This document shows positions 1 to 12,512 of a stretch of 44,416 bases of DNA, in pieces (the first letter of the stretch is position 1; each line of letters opens with the position of its first letter). The stretch lies in the NCBI RefSeq assembly GCF_001194135.2, contig NC_068998.1, positions 44,737,400-44,781,815 of the forward strand, given 5' to 3'. Below the pieces are notes generated by a model. It saw only the letters and a list, made by a program, of their open reading frames with translations. It was not told the DNA's origin and made no database searches. Source of the stretch: Octopus bimaculoides. Its lineage: Eukaryota. Position numbers and translations under genes: made by a program.

Positions 1-41
<41 letters not shown>

Positions 42-518
42 CACATATAAACATACAGATATATATTCATATACACACATTCGTACATATACATACACAA
101 ACACACACATGCTCATAATTTATGTAGAGTGCTATGAACTCATATGAATATAATATCATACATACACACAGTAGTTATATATAAGCACGCACTCACTAAC
201 ACACACACACGCATACATACACATACAAAAAGGAAACAGAAATTTAGACATGAACACACGGAAGCACTCACACATGTTGAGTCTGGGTGGTCAGAACACA
301 CAAGCATAGTTACATAGTGACATATACTCATATACACACATACACGTGCACATGTGCACACTCACACACACGCACACACATACACACACAGAGGCACATA
401 TATATATGAATACACAAAATTACACACACACCTGTAAGTACGCACACACACACATAAATATTTAGCACAGACACACACATACATGTATGAACATTAACAA
501 GTTAAGGAAAAAAGGGAT

Positions 519-561
<43 letters not shown>

Positions 562-710
562 AAAATACATATATATATATATATATACATATATACATAT
601 ATATAAATGTCTACATTTATGTATATATATGTGCGTTTATACACACATGATGCTAGTAACCATGTGTATATAACTTCAGATACATGTCCATAACCATGCA
701 TATATGTCTC
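1..710. repeat. Compound (TA)n/(CA)n/(TACA)n microsatellite field
   Basis: Direct reading. The ORFs at 140-361 and 462-701 are just CV/YI dipeptide translations of these repeats. Confidence 0.9.
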
Positions 711-737
711 TGTATGTTACCTTGTTGAGAACAAGGT

Positions 738-765
738 AGAGAAAGAGAGAGAGAGAGAGTAGAAC

Positions 766-820
<55 letters not shown>

Positions 821-945
821 GTTGTCCAGATCATCAGTATCCCTATTGTTATCATTCTTATTATTATTAATAATACAAGCATTGACAACACCACCACCAC
901 CACCAACAGCAACAACATCATCCACAACAACAACAACAACAACAT
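738..945. repeat. (GA)n, (CAT)n, (ATT)n, (CAC)n, (CAA)n simple-repeat mosaic
   Basis: GA run at 738-759, CAT run at 766-820, then degenerate ATT/CAC/CAA triplets to about 945. Confidence 0.9.
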
Positions 946-989
946 TATTACACTCTATCTCTTACCTTGTGGAATTATATTGTTATTCT

Positions 990-1062
990 ATGGAAATGAA
1001 TCATATATGTGAAATAGGCAGACGGATTTTCCGATACCTAGATTGGTTTATCTTCGATATAG
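990..1062 (+). CDS. Candidate first coding exon (MEMNHICEIGRRIFRYLDWFIFDI + G, phase 1) ending at a perfect donor; product unknown
   Basis: In-frame ATGs at 990 and 996. AG|GTAAGT donor at 1062/1063. Locally CpG-rich, non-repetitive sequence followed by a T-rich intron-like stretch. No homology recognised; it could be a non-coding exon. Confidence 0.3.
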
Positions 1063-2444
1063 GTAAGTAACCATGCGGATTGTGTTTTGATTCTGTTAAG
1101 CCTTTATTGTGGTGGTAATTTTTCACTTCTTTACTTTTTCAACTCAACATCTGTTTTCAACATTGAAACAAAAATATATAAACAAACGAGCAGAACCAGC
1201 CAGCAAGCAACTGAACACACCTCATGTTTCCTCACTTGAGTTTGGCAGTATTTTCGAAGAATTTTGAATTAATTTTTTTTGTTTTTGACATTTTGGGCCT
1301 GTTGAAGAATTTTTTTTTTTCTTTTTTCTTTTGCTTTGGCTGAAATAAAAAAAAAATATTTCTCAAATGTAATTTTTTTTTTTTTTTTTTGCTAAGTTAG
1401 GGAAAAATATTTCCCAGATATAACTACAAGTCATATTAGTGCTTAAAATCTGACCATTTTCAAAAAAAAAGATTTTCATAGAATGCTGTAAAAAACAACT
1501 GAGTTCTTACTCAAGTTTCACTCTGTTTAAGTAACTTTAAAGTTTCTCATTCACTTAAGACTGTTTATAAATATGTTCATTCATTTAAGTTTAAAATAAA
1601 AACAACTTAATTCATCTTGGCTATGGCTATGAGAATGAGATCTAAAATAAAAATTATATTAAAATATGTTCTTTTTTCAATTTTTATCGTTACTAAAGAA
1701 TTTTCTGTTGTTTAAATAGAAGGGTTTTGTTGTGAGCGGGAGACAGGAAAACTTTTTATATTTGAGGGTTTAATTGAAATAAGTATCCTCTGATAATGCC
1801 GCATTGAAGATAATTCATTATATATATACCAAAAAATTTTAATTTATGTCAAAGTTAGAAGCAAAAGCATAAACTTGATTTTAATAATATTTTTATGATC
1901 ATGATTGAACTTTAGAATAAGTTTAATATACTATATGCAATCAACAAAAATTAATTTTTTCATACAAAATTTAAACTTCTTTGGAAGACCCTCTTTCACA
2001 AACTAAGAGTTTTAAAGGCCTCAAGTTTCTTTTCTTTTGAATCACAGTTACTTTGTTAGTAAAAATATTTCAGTGAGTTAACATCAAAAAATTATCATAC
2101 TCTACAAACTTTTTTTTTAAATAATAAATATTTTATTGAATTGAATATTGAAAGTTATGTATTCAGATAAAACTTTAACTGTTGTTAAATACTGATTACT
2201 GACATCAACTTTAAAATAAAAGTCATGTTCAGATTTATTTAGTGTGTTTTGTAAAAGAAAAGAAAAAAGAAATTTTCCATTATTTTCATTTCAATTTGAG
2301 TGTTGTTGAAGAATCGGCACAAAGGAACTTCTTTCTTCTAACAACCTGTTTTGATTTTTTTTTTTTCAAAGAATCTTCATTGACTTATGTAAAGAAAATT
2401 CTTTGATGGAGNNNNNNNNNNATATAAATATATGTATACATGTG

Positions 2445-2486
<42 letters not shown>

Positions 2487-3100
2487 CACATATAAATACA
2501 TATGTACATATATACATACACATGCACACATATATATATATGCATATATACACACACACACATACACATATATATATATACACACGCATATATATACATT
2601 TATATGTATGTGTGTGAGTGGTTGTGTGTATGTATATCCATTAATATACATGTGTGTATATATGAATGGGTGTATATGTGCTTGTGTATTGGTGTTTTAG
2701 TTAATAGGTGTTTTGCATAATTGAGCTATTATATATGATTATCACTGAATGTGAACATCATCATCACGTCTGTAGACAATGAATGAATATATCTTATCAT
2801 TTTATACTTTTACTAGTTTCAGTCATTGGACTCTGGACATACTGGGGCACTACCTTCAAAGGTTTATTCAGTTATGGTTCTTGTTTTGTTCAGACACCTA
2901 TTAGCTGAAAGGCAATATGTTTTTGTTTTTTTTGACAATACTGTACATAGCAACACACACAGACACACACACAGGGACAAAGTGCAATGAAATTTTGAAA
3001 TCACTGTCAACTTTGTACTTGTAAAAATAATTTGATGCTCTCCTTTTTTAAGGGAGATTCAATCAATGTTTGTCCCTTTCTATGCATAATTATACTTACT

Positions 3101-3640
3101 CATCATCATCATCATCCCTTAATTAATGTGTAGGTGTCCCACTCTAGATATTTTTGCAGTCAACCTTCACTACTGGTCACTGTTCTTTGTCATGCATAGC
3201 ATTGTCACCTGTCTAGTCCTTGATGTTGCCAAACTAGGATTTTCTCCATCTGTCCTTATCACCCTCCGTCAACTGCCTCTGAAGAATGGTTTTGGAGAGG
3301 GAATTTTGGTGGGATTTGTTACCATGCCATGCAAGCTTTCATCTTTTTACCAGTGCAAGCAATGGTTCCTGTATGTCAGTGTATTTGTTTACCTGCTGTC
3401 TGACAGCGCCGTTCATTTTGTGCCCTGTGTTTCAGGTAGAAATATTACCCAAGTTTCTGATGGCAGCATCCTTAAGAATATATAGGCACACTGGTTCTTA
3501 CTTGATTCCTACTTTTGGCTCTGAGTCCATTCTGAGTCACACTCTGATAACTGCTTTTGGTGGCAAGCCAAAATCAATGAAGAATCAAACGCTCGGAGTG
3601 GAGATGGGTACCACTCAGCATTTCTAAGGCCTAATGAAAT
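3101..3640 (-). mobile_element. Decayed RTE-clade LINE, 3' RT/C-terminal fragment
   Basis: Minus-strand translation LLALVKR*KLAWHGNKSHQNSLSKTILQ resembles the RTE motif LL..IKRRKL.W.GHV.RH.SL.KTILQG. Ends in an (ATG)n tail (CAT repeat at 3101-3115). Confidence 0.7.
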
Positions 3641-3693
3641 GCCATAGTAGACACACAGTCAAGAACTAAGATAACTATGCATAAAAACTATAT

Positions 3694-4097
3694 GGCAAAG
3701 GTGTAGTTGTCTGGTAAAAAGTTTGCTTCCCAACCACATGGTTCTGGGTTCAGTCCCATTGCATGACACCTTGGGCAAGTGTCTTCTACTATAGCCTCAG
3801 GCCAACCAAAGCCTTGTGAGTGGATTTGGGAGATGGAAACTGAAAGAAGACCATTGTATATATTTGTATATATCTATGAGTGTGTCTCTGCAACTGTGTT
3901 TATCCCCCATGACCACTTGACCACCAGTGTTGATGTGTTTACATCCCCGTAACCTAGCAGTTCAGCAAAAGAGACCAATAGAATAAGTACTAGGCTTTAA
4001 AAAAAAAGTTCTGGAGTCAATTTGTTCGACTAAAACACTTCTAGGTAGTGCTCCAGCATGGCCACAATCAAATGACTGAAGCAAGTAAATGAATAAA
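3694..4097 (+). mobile_element. Composite tRNA-derived SINE (family A), older full-length copy
   Basis: A/B-box-like head (GGTTCAGTCCC), body ACCTTGGGCAAGTGTCTTCTACTATAGCC, internal TA/TG microsatellite, 3' part ending GCTCCAGCATGGCCACAATCAAATGACTGAAGCAAGTAAA. Aligns by eye with the copies at 28871, 30453 and 36345. Confidence 0.85.
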
Positions 4098-4115
4098 GGA
4101 ATGGAAAATATATGG

Positions 4116-4225
4116 CAGGCTTCTACACAGTTTCTATCAACCAAATTCTACTCCTAAGATATTGGTCAGCACACCACAGAAGCAGGAGGCACTTCCCCAC
4201 AGTACTGTGCAGTGGGATTGAACAC
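4116..4225 (-). mobile_element. Family A SINE head/body fragment, inverted
   Basis: Degenerate reverse complement of the family A head and body (CAGTTTCTATCAACCAAATTCTACTC...CAGTGGGATTGAAC). Confidence 0.55.
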
Positions 4226-4574
4226 AGCATCCTTTAGCTACGAAAGCCATGCTCATCCCTATACACGTGTGTGTTTCTTTAGTAATGTTGCTGTGATTTT
4301 TTTTGCAATTTTTTTGTGTTTTATTTTTATAGATACATTGTTAATGCTTGTATTAAACCTGTTCTTGGGACAGTATTCAACCCTAGTATATACACTTATT
4401 GGAGAGGGGGTTAATCATGTTATGAAGAAGGAACTCCCACATGAACCTTGTTTATGTCATTTAGTAATTCTGAGAGGACATTACTACAACCATCCTGGCT
4501 AGTGTGCTAGGCTCTTAATAGTAGCATTTCCCAGCAGATTTGATGTCTTTTCACATCTATATGTTGATGTGAGG

Positions 4575-4780
4575 CATCCTCATCATTTAACATCCATATT
4601 TCATGTTAGCATGGGTGTGACAGTTTATCAAGATCTTAGAGGTCAGAGAAATGCATTAAACTTCAACATCTGTTTCGACATGCTTTCTACTCATGCCACT
4701 TGAATATTACTTTCACAAGCAGGATGTTCTGTTGATCTGATCAACTGGAACCCTTATCATCTTAACCAGCAGAGTACCAG
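4575..4780. mobile_element. Adjacent fragments: RTE-type 3' tail (minus) and family B-like SINE core (plus)
   Basis: 4575-4700 resembles the reverse complement of the tail at 11840-11899. 4700-4780 (CACAAGCAGGATGTTCTGTTGATCTGATCAACTGGAACCC) matches the reverse complement of 13610-13680. Confidence 0.5.
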
Positions 4781-4919
4781 TATTATTGGTTAGAGGTAAA
4801 ACTCCTAGCAAAGAAAACCAATGTCCGGGTTTTAATTCTTAGGTGTCGCTATCATAGATCACTTATTATGAAAAATGTTCCTGATGACATATACATGAAC
4901 ACCACACAACCTCTTACTA

Positions 4920-5125
4920 TGTTATTGCTTAGCCCCAGGTGAACTCTGAGTAAGACTTATAGCCAATAATAGGCAGTCCAGCCATGACCATCATGTTTTT
5001 ATTAAGGTGGTTCTATTTAAGATTATGTCTCCTCCTTAAAATGCACAAAATATGATTTAAAAGTAATTTTGGCTGCTATTTCTAGCAAATCAAATGACTA
5101 TGTAGACAAATCCTTGTTGGCTGGT
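4920..5125 (+). mobile_element. Dispersed repeat family D fragment
   Basis: Shares the motifs CCAGCCATGACC and GGCTGCTATTTCTAGCA with 14745-14960, 37620-37860, 38200-38270 and 39700-39910. Confidence 0.45.
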
Positions 5126-5409
5126 TGTGTTTGTAGACTGCTGAGGCAGAATAAAGTTGGACAAATAATTTCATGCACCCATTTGATTATGTCAATGCTG
5201 TGGGTTCAAATCTCACTTAGGTCATCATGAACTCTCATATACTATTACAGCTATAACCACTAAAACTACAACCATCACAATCCCCACCACTGCTATCAAT
5301 ACACCATCAACGCATTAAAGTTTGAAGCCTTCAAGGCAGTAACTTTACAATTATTCACAACACACAAGGGACAGTAAGATATTTTCTATCCAAGCCTTTT
5401 CTGACTCAT

Positions 5410-5590
5410 TTATTTTTTATCTTTTACTTGCTTCAGTCATTAGATTGCGATCATGCTGGAGCACCTCCTTGAAGAGGATTTAGTTGAACATGTCAACCCC
5501 TCCCCCAGTGAATTTTTTTTTTTTCCTTTTAAATCTCATGCTTGGATATAAACAAACCAACACCAGTTGTCAAGCAGTGGTTCGGCACAA
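5410..5590 (-). mobile_element. Family A SINE 3' fragment
   Basis: TTTTACTTGCTTCAGTCATTAGATTGCGATCATGCTGGAGCACC is the reverse complement of the family A 3' end. Confidence 0.7.
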
Positions 5591-5984
5591 AGTATATGTG
5601 GTCACTCAAACTGCAAAATATAGCAGCCAAATCTTCGAACCTCACTCGGCTTGCTTCAAAAATGTCAGAACAACACATTCGATAATGCAGTCATAGACAA
5701 CAGATAACATAACAATATTAAAAATAAATAACAAACAAAAACAAACAAAAAAAAACAGGATGGGAATTTGTTTGAATGCTTTGGATCATAGGACTGCTTA
5801 CTGAAGGCTGACCAAGGGTTAAACAACAACAACATATTAAGAAGCATGAAAGCAACATCCAGTACCATTCCCACTTATAAATTTGAAAGCCAGCGCCTGC
5901 TGCTTTAGAGGCAAATATTAACAATGATGTTTCCTTAGCAACAGAATAAAACCAGTTGCTATGAAAATGATGCTGAGTGAATGG

Positions 5985-6545
5985 ATTGTATATCGCAGTT
6001 TAGATGGTATGCTTGTATATAAGTTATATAAGTATGTGTATGTATGTATGTATGTATGTATGTGTATGTATGTATACATGTATGTATGTATGTATGTATA
6101 TGTATGTATATGTATGTATGTATGTATGTATGTAGAATATCGTGTTTATTCATTTATTGATAATGAAGTGTCAGTAACAAAGCTAACATTTATAAATACA
6201 ACATTATTTACACATATACACACACACACTCACATAAAAACTCACATTCAATATTGTGTGTGTGTGTGTGTGTGTGTGTTTGTGTGCACATTCACGCGTG
6301 TGTGTATGCATATATACATATTCATAAACGTACATTTAAGAAATAAATAATATATGTATGTAAGTATGTGTGTGTGTGTGTGTGTATAAACAGAGATATA
6401 TAGAAATGGATAGGTAGACAGGTATACATACTAACATTCATGCATACATACACATGCACATATACATAAATACATACATATACACACATGTATGTACATA
6501 CATACATACATACATAAATACATACATACAAACATATACACATTC
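5985..6545. repeat. (TATG)n/(TG)n/(TACA)n microsatellite field
   Basis: Direct reading. It explains the ORFs at 5959-6153, 5961-6350 and 6322-6543. Confidence 0.9.
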
Positions 6546-6690
6546 AGGTGCAGGCATTGCTGTGTGGTCAAGAAGTACTCTTCCCGACCCCATGGTTGAC
6601 ACAAGGTACCTTGTACCTTCTACAAGAGTTTTCTACTATAAACTTGGGATGACAACAGATTTGTGAATGGGTTTACTAGACAGAATCTTC
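6545..6690 (+). mobile_element. Family A SINE head fragment
   Basis: AGGTGCAGGCATTGCTGTGTGGTCAAGAAG...CCCATGGTT... is a degenerate head and body. Confidence 0.55.
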
Positions 6691-7011
6691 TTATTCCATT
6701 TTTTGCATAATTTCTCTGCAATTTTCTTCTCATTTTATTCTTATTTCCTCACTATCCAGCATCCTAGTTTTTTTTTTTTATATATATCTAATACATAAAC
6801 AAAGCCTGAAAGACTGCTTGGTGATTCATGGTGTGTTTTATAAATCTGCTTATTTAAAGTATCATAAAAGCATGAAACTCTTAGTAGCTCTTTCGATATG
6901 TTTGTTAAATTGATAATCTGGTCCATCACTTTATCATGTGATTTTTCTATATATGTGCGTATTCATATATGTACATAAATATGTGTGTATGTGTGTATTT
7001 TCATATATATA

Positions 7012-9270
7012 CATCATCATCATCATTATTTAACATCCATGTTTTATGCTGACTGGGTTGAATGACTTCACAAGATTCAGTGGGATAAAGGACTGCATTT
7101 TAATCCAGCATCTATTTTGACATGGTTTCTAAAGCTAGATGTCCTTCCCAATTCCAAACACTTTATCACATGTACTGGGTACCTTTAAAATGTCATTAGC
7201 ACTTGTGTGATCACAATGCAGCTTTCAAGACAATGAACCCTGAGGACAACAACCTTATGCTAAGAAATATTGAGTAAAGAGGGGGTAAATTACAAAAGAA
7301 ATGACCAGAGCAGAATAGATTTTTTGTTGTAGAGATGTTGCATGTCTACTCACATTTTAGAGGAGAGGATAGGAGAGATTGAGCGGAGCTGAAAAGCAAA
7401 TGGTAATAGAGGTGATCAAGCGTCAGTGGGGGGGGGGCCTTCAAGGTACAAGGTGGGTAGAAAAGAGAGGACTAGTGTGACCAGGAGTTTAGGGAGGGGA
7501 TTTGTGATTGTGCAGAGCAGCAAAAGAGTAATGATGGTGCAGTTGAGAGGGTGTACTGGGTGTTCTTTTCATAACAACAGCTTGAGTGAAATCACCAGGT
7601 ATTTCCACAAGAGAAAACTCACTCCATGTTGCTTTTGCCAGGTATTAAGAAGCTAAAACATTATAGCATGACAGCAACATGTGTCATGCTGTAGTGAGAA
7701 TACATGGCTACCCTAACTGGAAAATGAGAGAAAAGGATGCTGGGGATGAGCTGTCAGGACATAGATATGTCTTCGTGTTACAAAAGGTGAATGTAATTAA
7801 GAATAGAGACTGAGGTGTGTGAAGTGTTAGGAATTCACTGAAGAGTGATCAGGGTGGAGCCATGATCAGTAATTATTTTCTGTTTGGTCACAAAATGTAG
7901 GAAATAGGAGTGGATCAGAGAAGAGGAGGTGATGGGTAGCATTACAAAACATGAGGCAAAGCAGATCTTCTTGAGCAGAAAGGTTACCTTGGTAACAGAA
8001 ACTATCTGCTACCTCTAGGGATCTTTCTAGGCATTCAAGAAAATCTATTTCCCATCTGTTCTCCATCTCTACTTTATCTGTGCATCTGTATGGAATTTCT
8101 ACTGACACCTTTTCCATATACCAAAGAGAGCCATTTTCATGAAAGGCGTAGTGTCCTGTCAGTTTTCCTGCTTACTACAATTTTGGCCTTTGTTAAGTTA
8201 TCTTCAAGACATTTTGATTGCAGGTTTTGCTTCCATGCCTGAAATTTCTTTTCTAATTCTACTACAGGTTCTGACATAAGAACCAGGTCATCAGCATAGA
8301 GGACACACTGGTCTCCTCTGTTATGGCCTCAAGTGCTATGATGAATAGGAGGGGACTGAGAAGTGAGCCTTAATGAGCTATTAACTCCATACTTAATTCA
8401 TTGTTGAACTTGTTGCTAATTTTCACCTAACTGACAGCAGCCCTGTACATGACTTGAATGACTCTCACATACCATTTATTTACTCCTTGCTTCTACAGCA
8501 AGCACCAAATCAGGGTACAGAGGAGGGTACTCTACTGAAACATTTCTTTAGGTCAATGAACAGCAAGTACAGCAATTTACTGGAGGCTAAGTACTTATCC
8601 TGCAGTTGCCTTTCTATGAAGAGAACATCAGCAGTGCTTCTCCATGGCACAAAACCAAACTACATTTCATGTAGGATAATCTGCTTCCAGATTAATGGAA
8701 TTATAACTATTTCAGTAGCATTTATGACCTGGTCCAGCAAGTTCATACCTCTGTAATTACATTTCTCTATGGCATTACCTTTAACTTTGTAACAATTTAA
8801 TATAATATTGCTAAATGAGTCATTGGATTTGACATCACTCTGTCCACTCTGTGATAAGGCAGTATCCCAATTCATCAACTATTTTTAAGTATCTCAGCTG
8901 TAATTCCTTGTGGATCAGGGGTATTTCCTGTCTTCATATCCTTGATTGGTTTATCTATCATGCTATTGCCAAATAGACTGTCTGGTCTCTCTGTGGGTTT
9001 CACGTTTTGAAGACTTTTCTCTTTTCCATGTATTCTCCAGATATAGTAGCCTTTCATAGTATTACTTTCATGACCATTTCGTTTCAAAATGACTAAATGC
9101 AAACATGCTATTATTTGACTGTCGACGTTCCTCATCTACAGCATCACGATCTCGATTCTCTCTAATACTCTATCTAACAATCCATGTTGTCAGCTTGTGC
9201 ACTCATCACTCAAAACACCATTTGTCACCCAAAATGTTTTATGCTTGGAAAATTATTCATAAACCAATTT
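7012..9270 (-). mobile_element. Decayed RTE-clade LINE retrotransposon (5'-truncated, RT pseudogene with frameshifts and stops)
   Basis: Minus-strand motifs in the correct order: DKPIKDMKTGNTPDPQGITAEILK; IILNCYKVKGNAIEKCNYRGMNLLDQV; GSLLSPLLFIIALEAI; LYADDLV (YADD at 8287-8298); KGVSRNSIQ; SLEVADSFCYQG; then an (ATG)n tail at 7012-7030. Confidence 0.9.
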
Positions 9271-9340
9271 ATTCATGATGAGAGGCATCTATTAACCAAA
9301 GTTTCACTCTGTGTGTGTGTATGCGTGTGTCTATACATGT

Positions 9341-9747
9341 TCTTTCATTTTTTGCTTGTTTCCGTCATTTGACTGTGGCCATGCTGGAGCACTGCCTTGA
9401 AGAGTTTTAGTCAAACAAATAGCACCCAGGAGATATTTTTTTTTTAAAGCTGAGTACTTATTCTGTCTGTTAATTTTACTAAGCTGCTAAGTTACAGAGA
9501 TGTAAACACACCAACACCGGTTGTCCAGCAGTGGTGGGGAGAGAAACACAGACACAACGATACACACACACAAACACACATACACGATGGGCTTCTTTCA
9601 GTTTCCATCTACCAGATCCACTCATAAGGTTTTGGTCGGCCCAAGACTATAGTAGGAGACAATTGCCCAAGGTGCCACACAGTGGGACTGAACCTGGAAC
9701 TATGTGGTTGTGAAACATGCTTCTTACCACACAGCCACACCTGTACC
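9341..9747 (-). mobile_element. Family A SINE, full length, inverted
   Basis: Reverse complement of all family A modules, including the head (ACAGCCACACCTGTACC). Confidence 0.85.
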
Positions 9748-9829
9748 TATATATATGTATATGTATACACACACACACACACAAATATATATGTACACAG
9801 ATAGATACATATGTAGTTATCTATACCTG

Positions 9830-9900
<71 letters not shown>

Positions 9901-10394
9901 ACACACACACATATACCTATGTGCATCTATATAATTATAATAATTAGTTTGTACATGGTATTGACTGATATTCCTGTTAAATATGTCTTCTACATAAATA
10001 AACGTAATAGAAGCATTTAAAAGTGGCTGAAATGGAAGTGAAACCAATAAACATAGAAGATACTATCATTATCATATTTAATGAAATATCAATCTTTATA
10101 TTTACTGTACTTTGATGTGTTGTTAGTATCATAACCTAGCTATAGTGGAATCTCCATTGGTCTCCGACATAATCATCCAGTTGTTTGAACAACTTAATTT
10201 CTGCTTGTGGAGTTAATATCTAAGTAGTTGTTCACTCTACTGCCTCAATAACCCAAAGTGCAGTAGTTAGGCCATGTCACTTGCAGCCTTACCATTATTC
10301 CCAGGTGGAACAGGACAAGCTCTTTAAATTGCAGATACACACACGTACACTCACACACATGCATATGTGCTTATGTGTGTGTGTTTGAAGATGC

Positions 10395-10660
10395 CTGGCC
10401 TGGTGGCTACAGTGTTGCACTCACAATTACGAGATCGAGCTTTCAATTCCTGGTCTGGCTGGTGTGTTGTCTTCTTGAGCAAAAACACTTCATCTCACTT
10501 TGCTCTGTGATCACTTCAACTCCTGATGCATGGTACACTGTGCACCTGTCCAGGCAACGTCAATTTAATGGAGGAAGTGAGCTCATATACAGCACATGCA
10601 TTTGATCACAGTAAACAAATCATTTGTGAAGGTGGTTCAGCAAATATTGATCTGTATTGT
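10395..10660 (+). mobile_element. tRNA-derived SINE family C
   Basis: Head with TTCAATTCCTGG (B-box-like), then GTGTTGTCTTCTTGAGCAAAAACACTTCAT. A second copy lies at 18570-18795. Confidence 0.6.
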
Positions 10661-11002
10661 TTATAATGTTTGCGTGGGTCACTACATCCATCAACAGGTC
10701 AATGTCAGGACACCCAACCAATTAACACTGCTACTATCATAGCAGTCCTTCTTCGAACCCACAAGAGTTAACAAGTGAAACAGAGACAGGCAGAAACAAG
10801 AAAAATGCTGCTGTTACTTGAATACTATACAAATATGTCTTTAAAAAGACTTTTCTTTTAAATTTACCAAAATGTAATTTTTCAATAATCTTTCAAAAAT
10901 CTATTATTCATATTTACTGTTGAAAAGATCTCAGGGATCGAAACCGGTTCTGTAATGTTCTTTATAAAAGTATTTCAGCATTTTCTACTTAGTCTTTTTT
11001 CC

Positions 11003-11039
<37 letters not shown>

Positions 11040-11675
11040 NNNNNNNNNNNNNNNNNNNNNNNNNNNNNNNNNNNNNNNNNNNNNNNNNNNNNNNNNNNNN
11101 NNNNNNNNNNNNNNNNNNNNNNNNNNNNNNNNNNNNNNNNNNNNNNNNNNNNNNNNNNNNNNNNNNNNNNNNNNNNNNNNNNNNNNNNNNNNNNNNNNNN
11201 NNNNNNNNNNNNNNNNNNNNNNNNNNNNNNNNNNNNNNNNNNNNNNNNNNNNNNNNNNNNNNNNNNNNNNNNNNNNNNNNNNNNNNNNNNNNNNNNNNNN
11301 NNNNNNNNNNNNNNNNNNNNNNNNNNNNNNNNNNNNNNNNNNNNNNNNNNNNNNNNNNNNNNNNNNNNNNNNNNNNNNNNNNNNNNNNNNNNNNNNNNNN
11401 NNNNNNNNNNNNNNNNNNNNNNNNNNNNNNNNNNNNNNNNNNNNNNNNNNNNNNNNNNNNNNNNNNNNNNNNNNNNNNNNNNNNNNNNNNNNNNNNNNNN
11501 NNNNNNNNNNNNNNNNNNNNNNNNNNNNNNNNNNNNNNNNNNNNNNNNNNNNNNNNNNNNNNNNNNNNNNNNNNNNNNNNNNNNNNNNNNNNNNNNNNNN
11601 NNNNNNNNNNNNNNNNNNNNNNNNNNNNNNNNNNNNNNNNNNNNNNNNNNNNNNNNNNNNNNNNNNNNNNNNNNN
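11040..11675. other. Assembly gap (N run); other large gaps at 14246-14306, 21089-21504, 24171-24620, 43436-43643
   Basis: N characters. Most gaps abut (TA)n arrays. ORFs spanning them are artefacts. Confidence 0.99.
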
Positions 11676-11894
11676 ACATAAAAGACACCATTTCGAGCGT
11701 GGCCGTTTTCGTGCGGGTGACACGTAAAAGCACCCACTACACTCTCTGAGTGGTTGGCGTTAGGAAGGGCATCCAGCTGTAGAAACTCTGCCAAATTAGA
11801 TTGGAGCCTGGTGTTGCCAATGGTTTCACCAGTCCTCAGTCAAATCGTCCAACCCATGCTAGCATGGAAAGCGGACGTTAAACGATGATGATGA

Positions 11895-11899
<5 letters not shown>
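11676..11899 (+). mobile_element. Young RTE-type LINE/SINE 3' end with (GAT)n tail
   Basis: CpG-intact sequence ending CCAACCCATGCTAGCATGGAAAGCGGACGTTAAACGATGATGATGATGAT. The same tail type ends the 7012-9270 LINE. Further tail fragments at 14307-14355 and 24662-24710. Confidence 0.75.
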
Positions 11900-11935
<36 letters not shown>

Positions 11936-11949
11936 TATATGTTTATGTG

Positions 11950-12410
11950 TGTGTTTGTCCCCAACACCACCACTGCTTGACAACTGGTTTTGGTGTGTTT
12001 ATATCCCCGTAATTTAGCAGTTCAGCAAAAGGGATTGAATAAGTACCAGGCTTTAAAAATGTTGTATGGGGAATCTGGCCAAGTGAACTATACTAGTTAA
12101 TATAAATGAGCATGTACAGAACAGTCTGGCAAGAGTGTCATATGCGCAGTCATAGTGTGCAGGTCATAGGAATTATTGAATAGAGATATCCTGGGGTGCT
12201 TGTTGAAGATACACAGTTGGAGTGTAATAAGAGAACATCAGGAACATTTGATATTATAACATCATATAAAAAAACATACATCATATAAAACAAAAGCAAA
12301 AGTACTGGGTGGGGGGTCGATGCATTTGACTATAAATTTTTCAAGGCAGTGCCCCAGCATGGTCGCAATTTGATGACTAAAACAAATAAAAGATAGAAAA
12401 TAAAAGATAA
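11950..12410 (+). mobile_element. Family A SINE 3' half, interrupted by unrelated sequence (about 12060-12330)
   Basis: TTTGTCCCCAACACCACCACTGCTTGACAAC...AAGTACCAGGC, resuming at GGGGTCGATGCATTTGAC...CCAGCATGGTCGCAA...AAAGATA. Confidence 0.6.
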
Positions 12411-12512
12411 CAGGTAGTGAAAATTCATAGAAACAGACATAAAAAAAATACACAGTATAAGAAAAATCTTATCAGAAAAAGGGGAGAGTGGGGCTTGGGA
12501 CTGAAACTAAAA

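Noticed and set aside
966-987. 22-nt minus-strand microexon (CATAG|...CAAG|GTAAGA)
   Set aside because: Frame-shifting length, low-complexity peptide (NNNIIPQ), and overlap with the better-supported + strand exon candidate.
140-2720. Numerous YI/CV/HT-rich ORFs here and throughout the window
   Set aside because: They are translations of dinucleotide and tetranucleotide microsatellites.
7662-7693. 12-bp hairpin (TATAGCATGACA/TGTCATGCTGTA)
   Set aside because: It lies inside the decayed LINE and is too short for a miRNA precursor; probably incidental.
10130-10325. Protein-like minus-strand frames (ILTPQAEIKLFKQLDDYVGDQWRFHYS; CPVPPGNN)
   Set aside because: Short, with weak or ambiguous splice sites and no recognisable family; frames of this length arise by chance.
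10955-11794. Longest ORFs in the track (244-269 aa), likewise those at 20960-21619, 24072-24730 and 43415-43872
   Set aside because: They are open only because N runs contain no stop codons.
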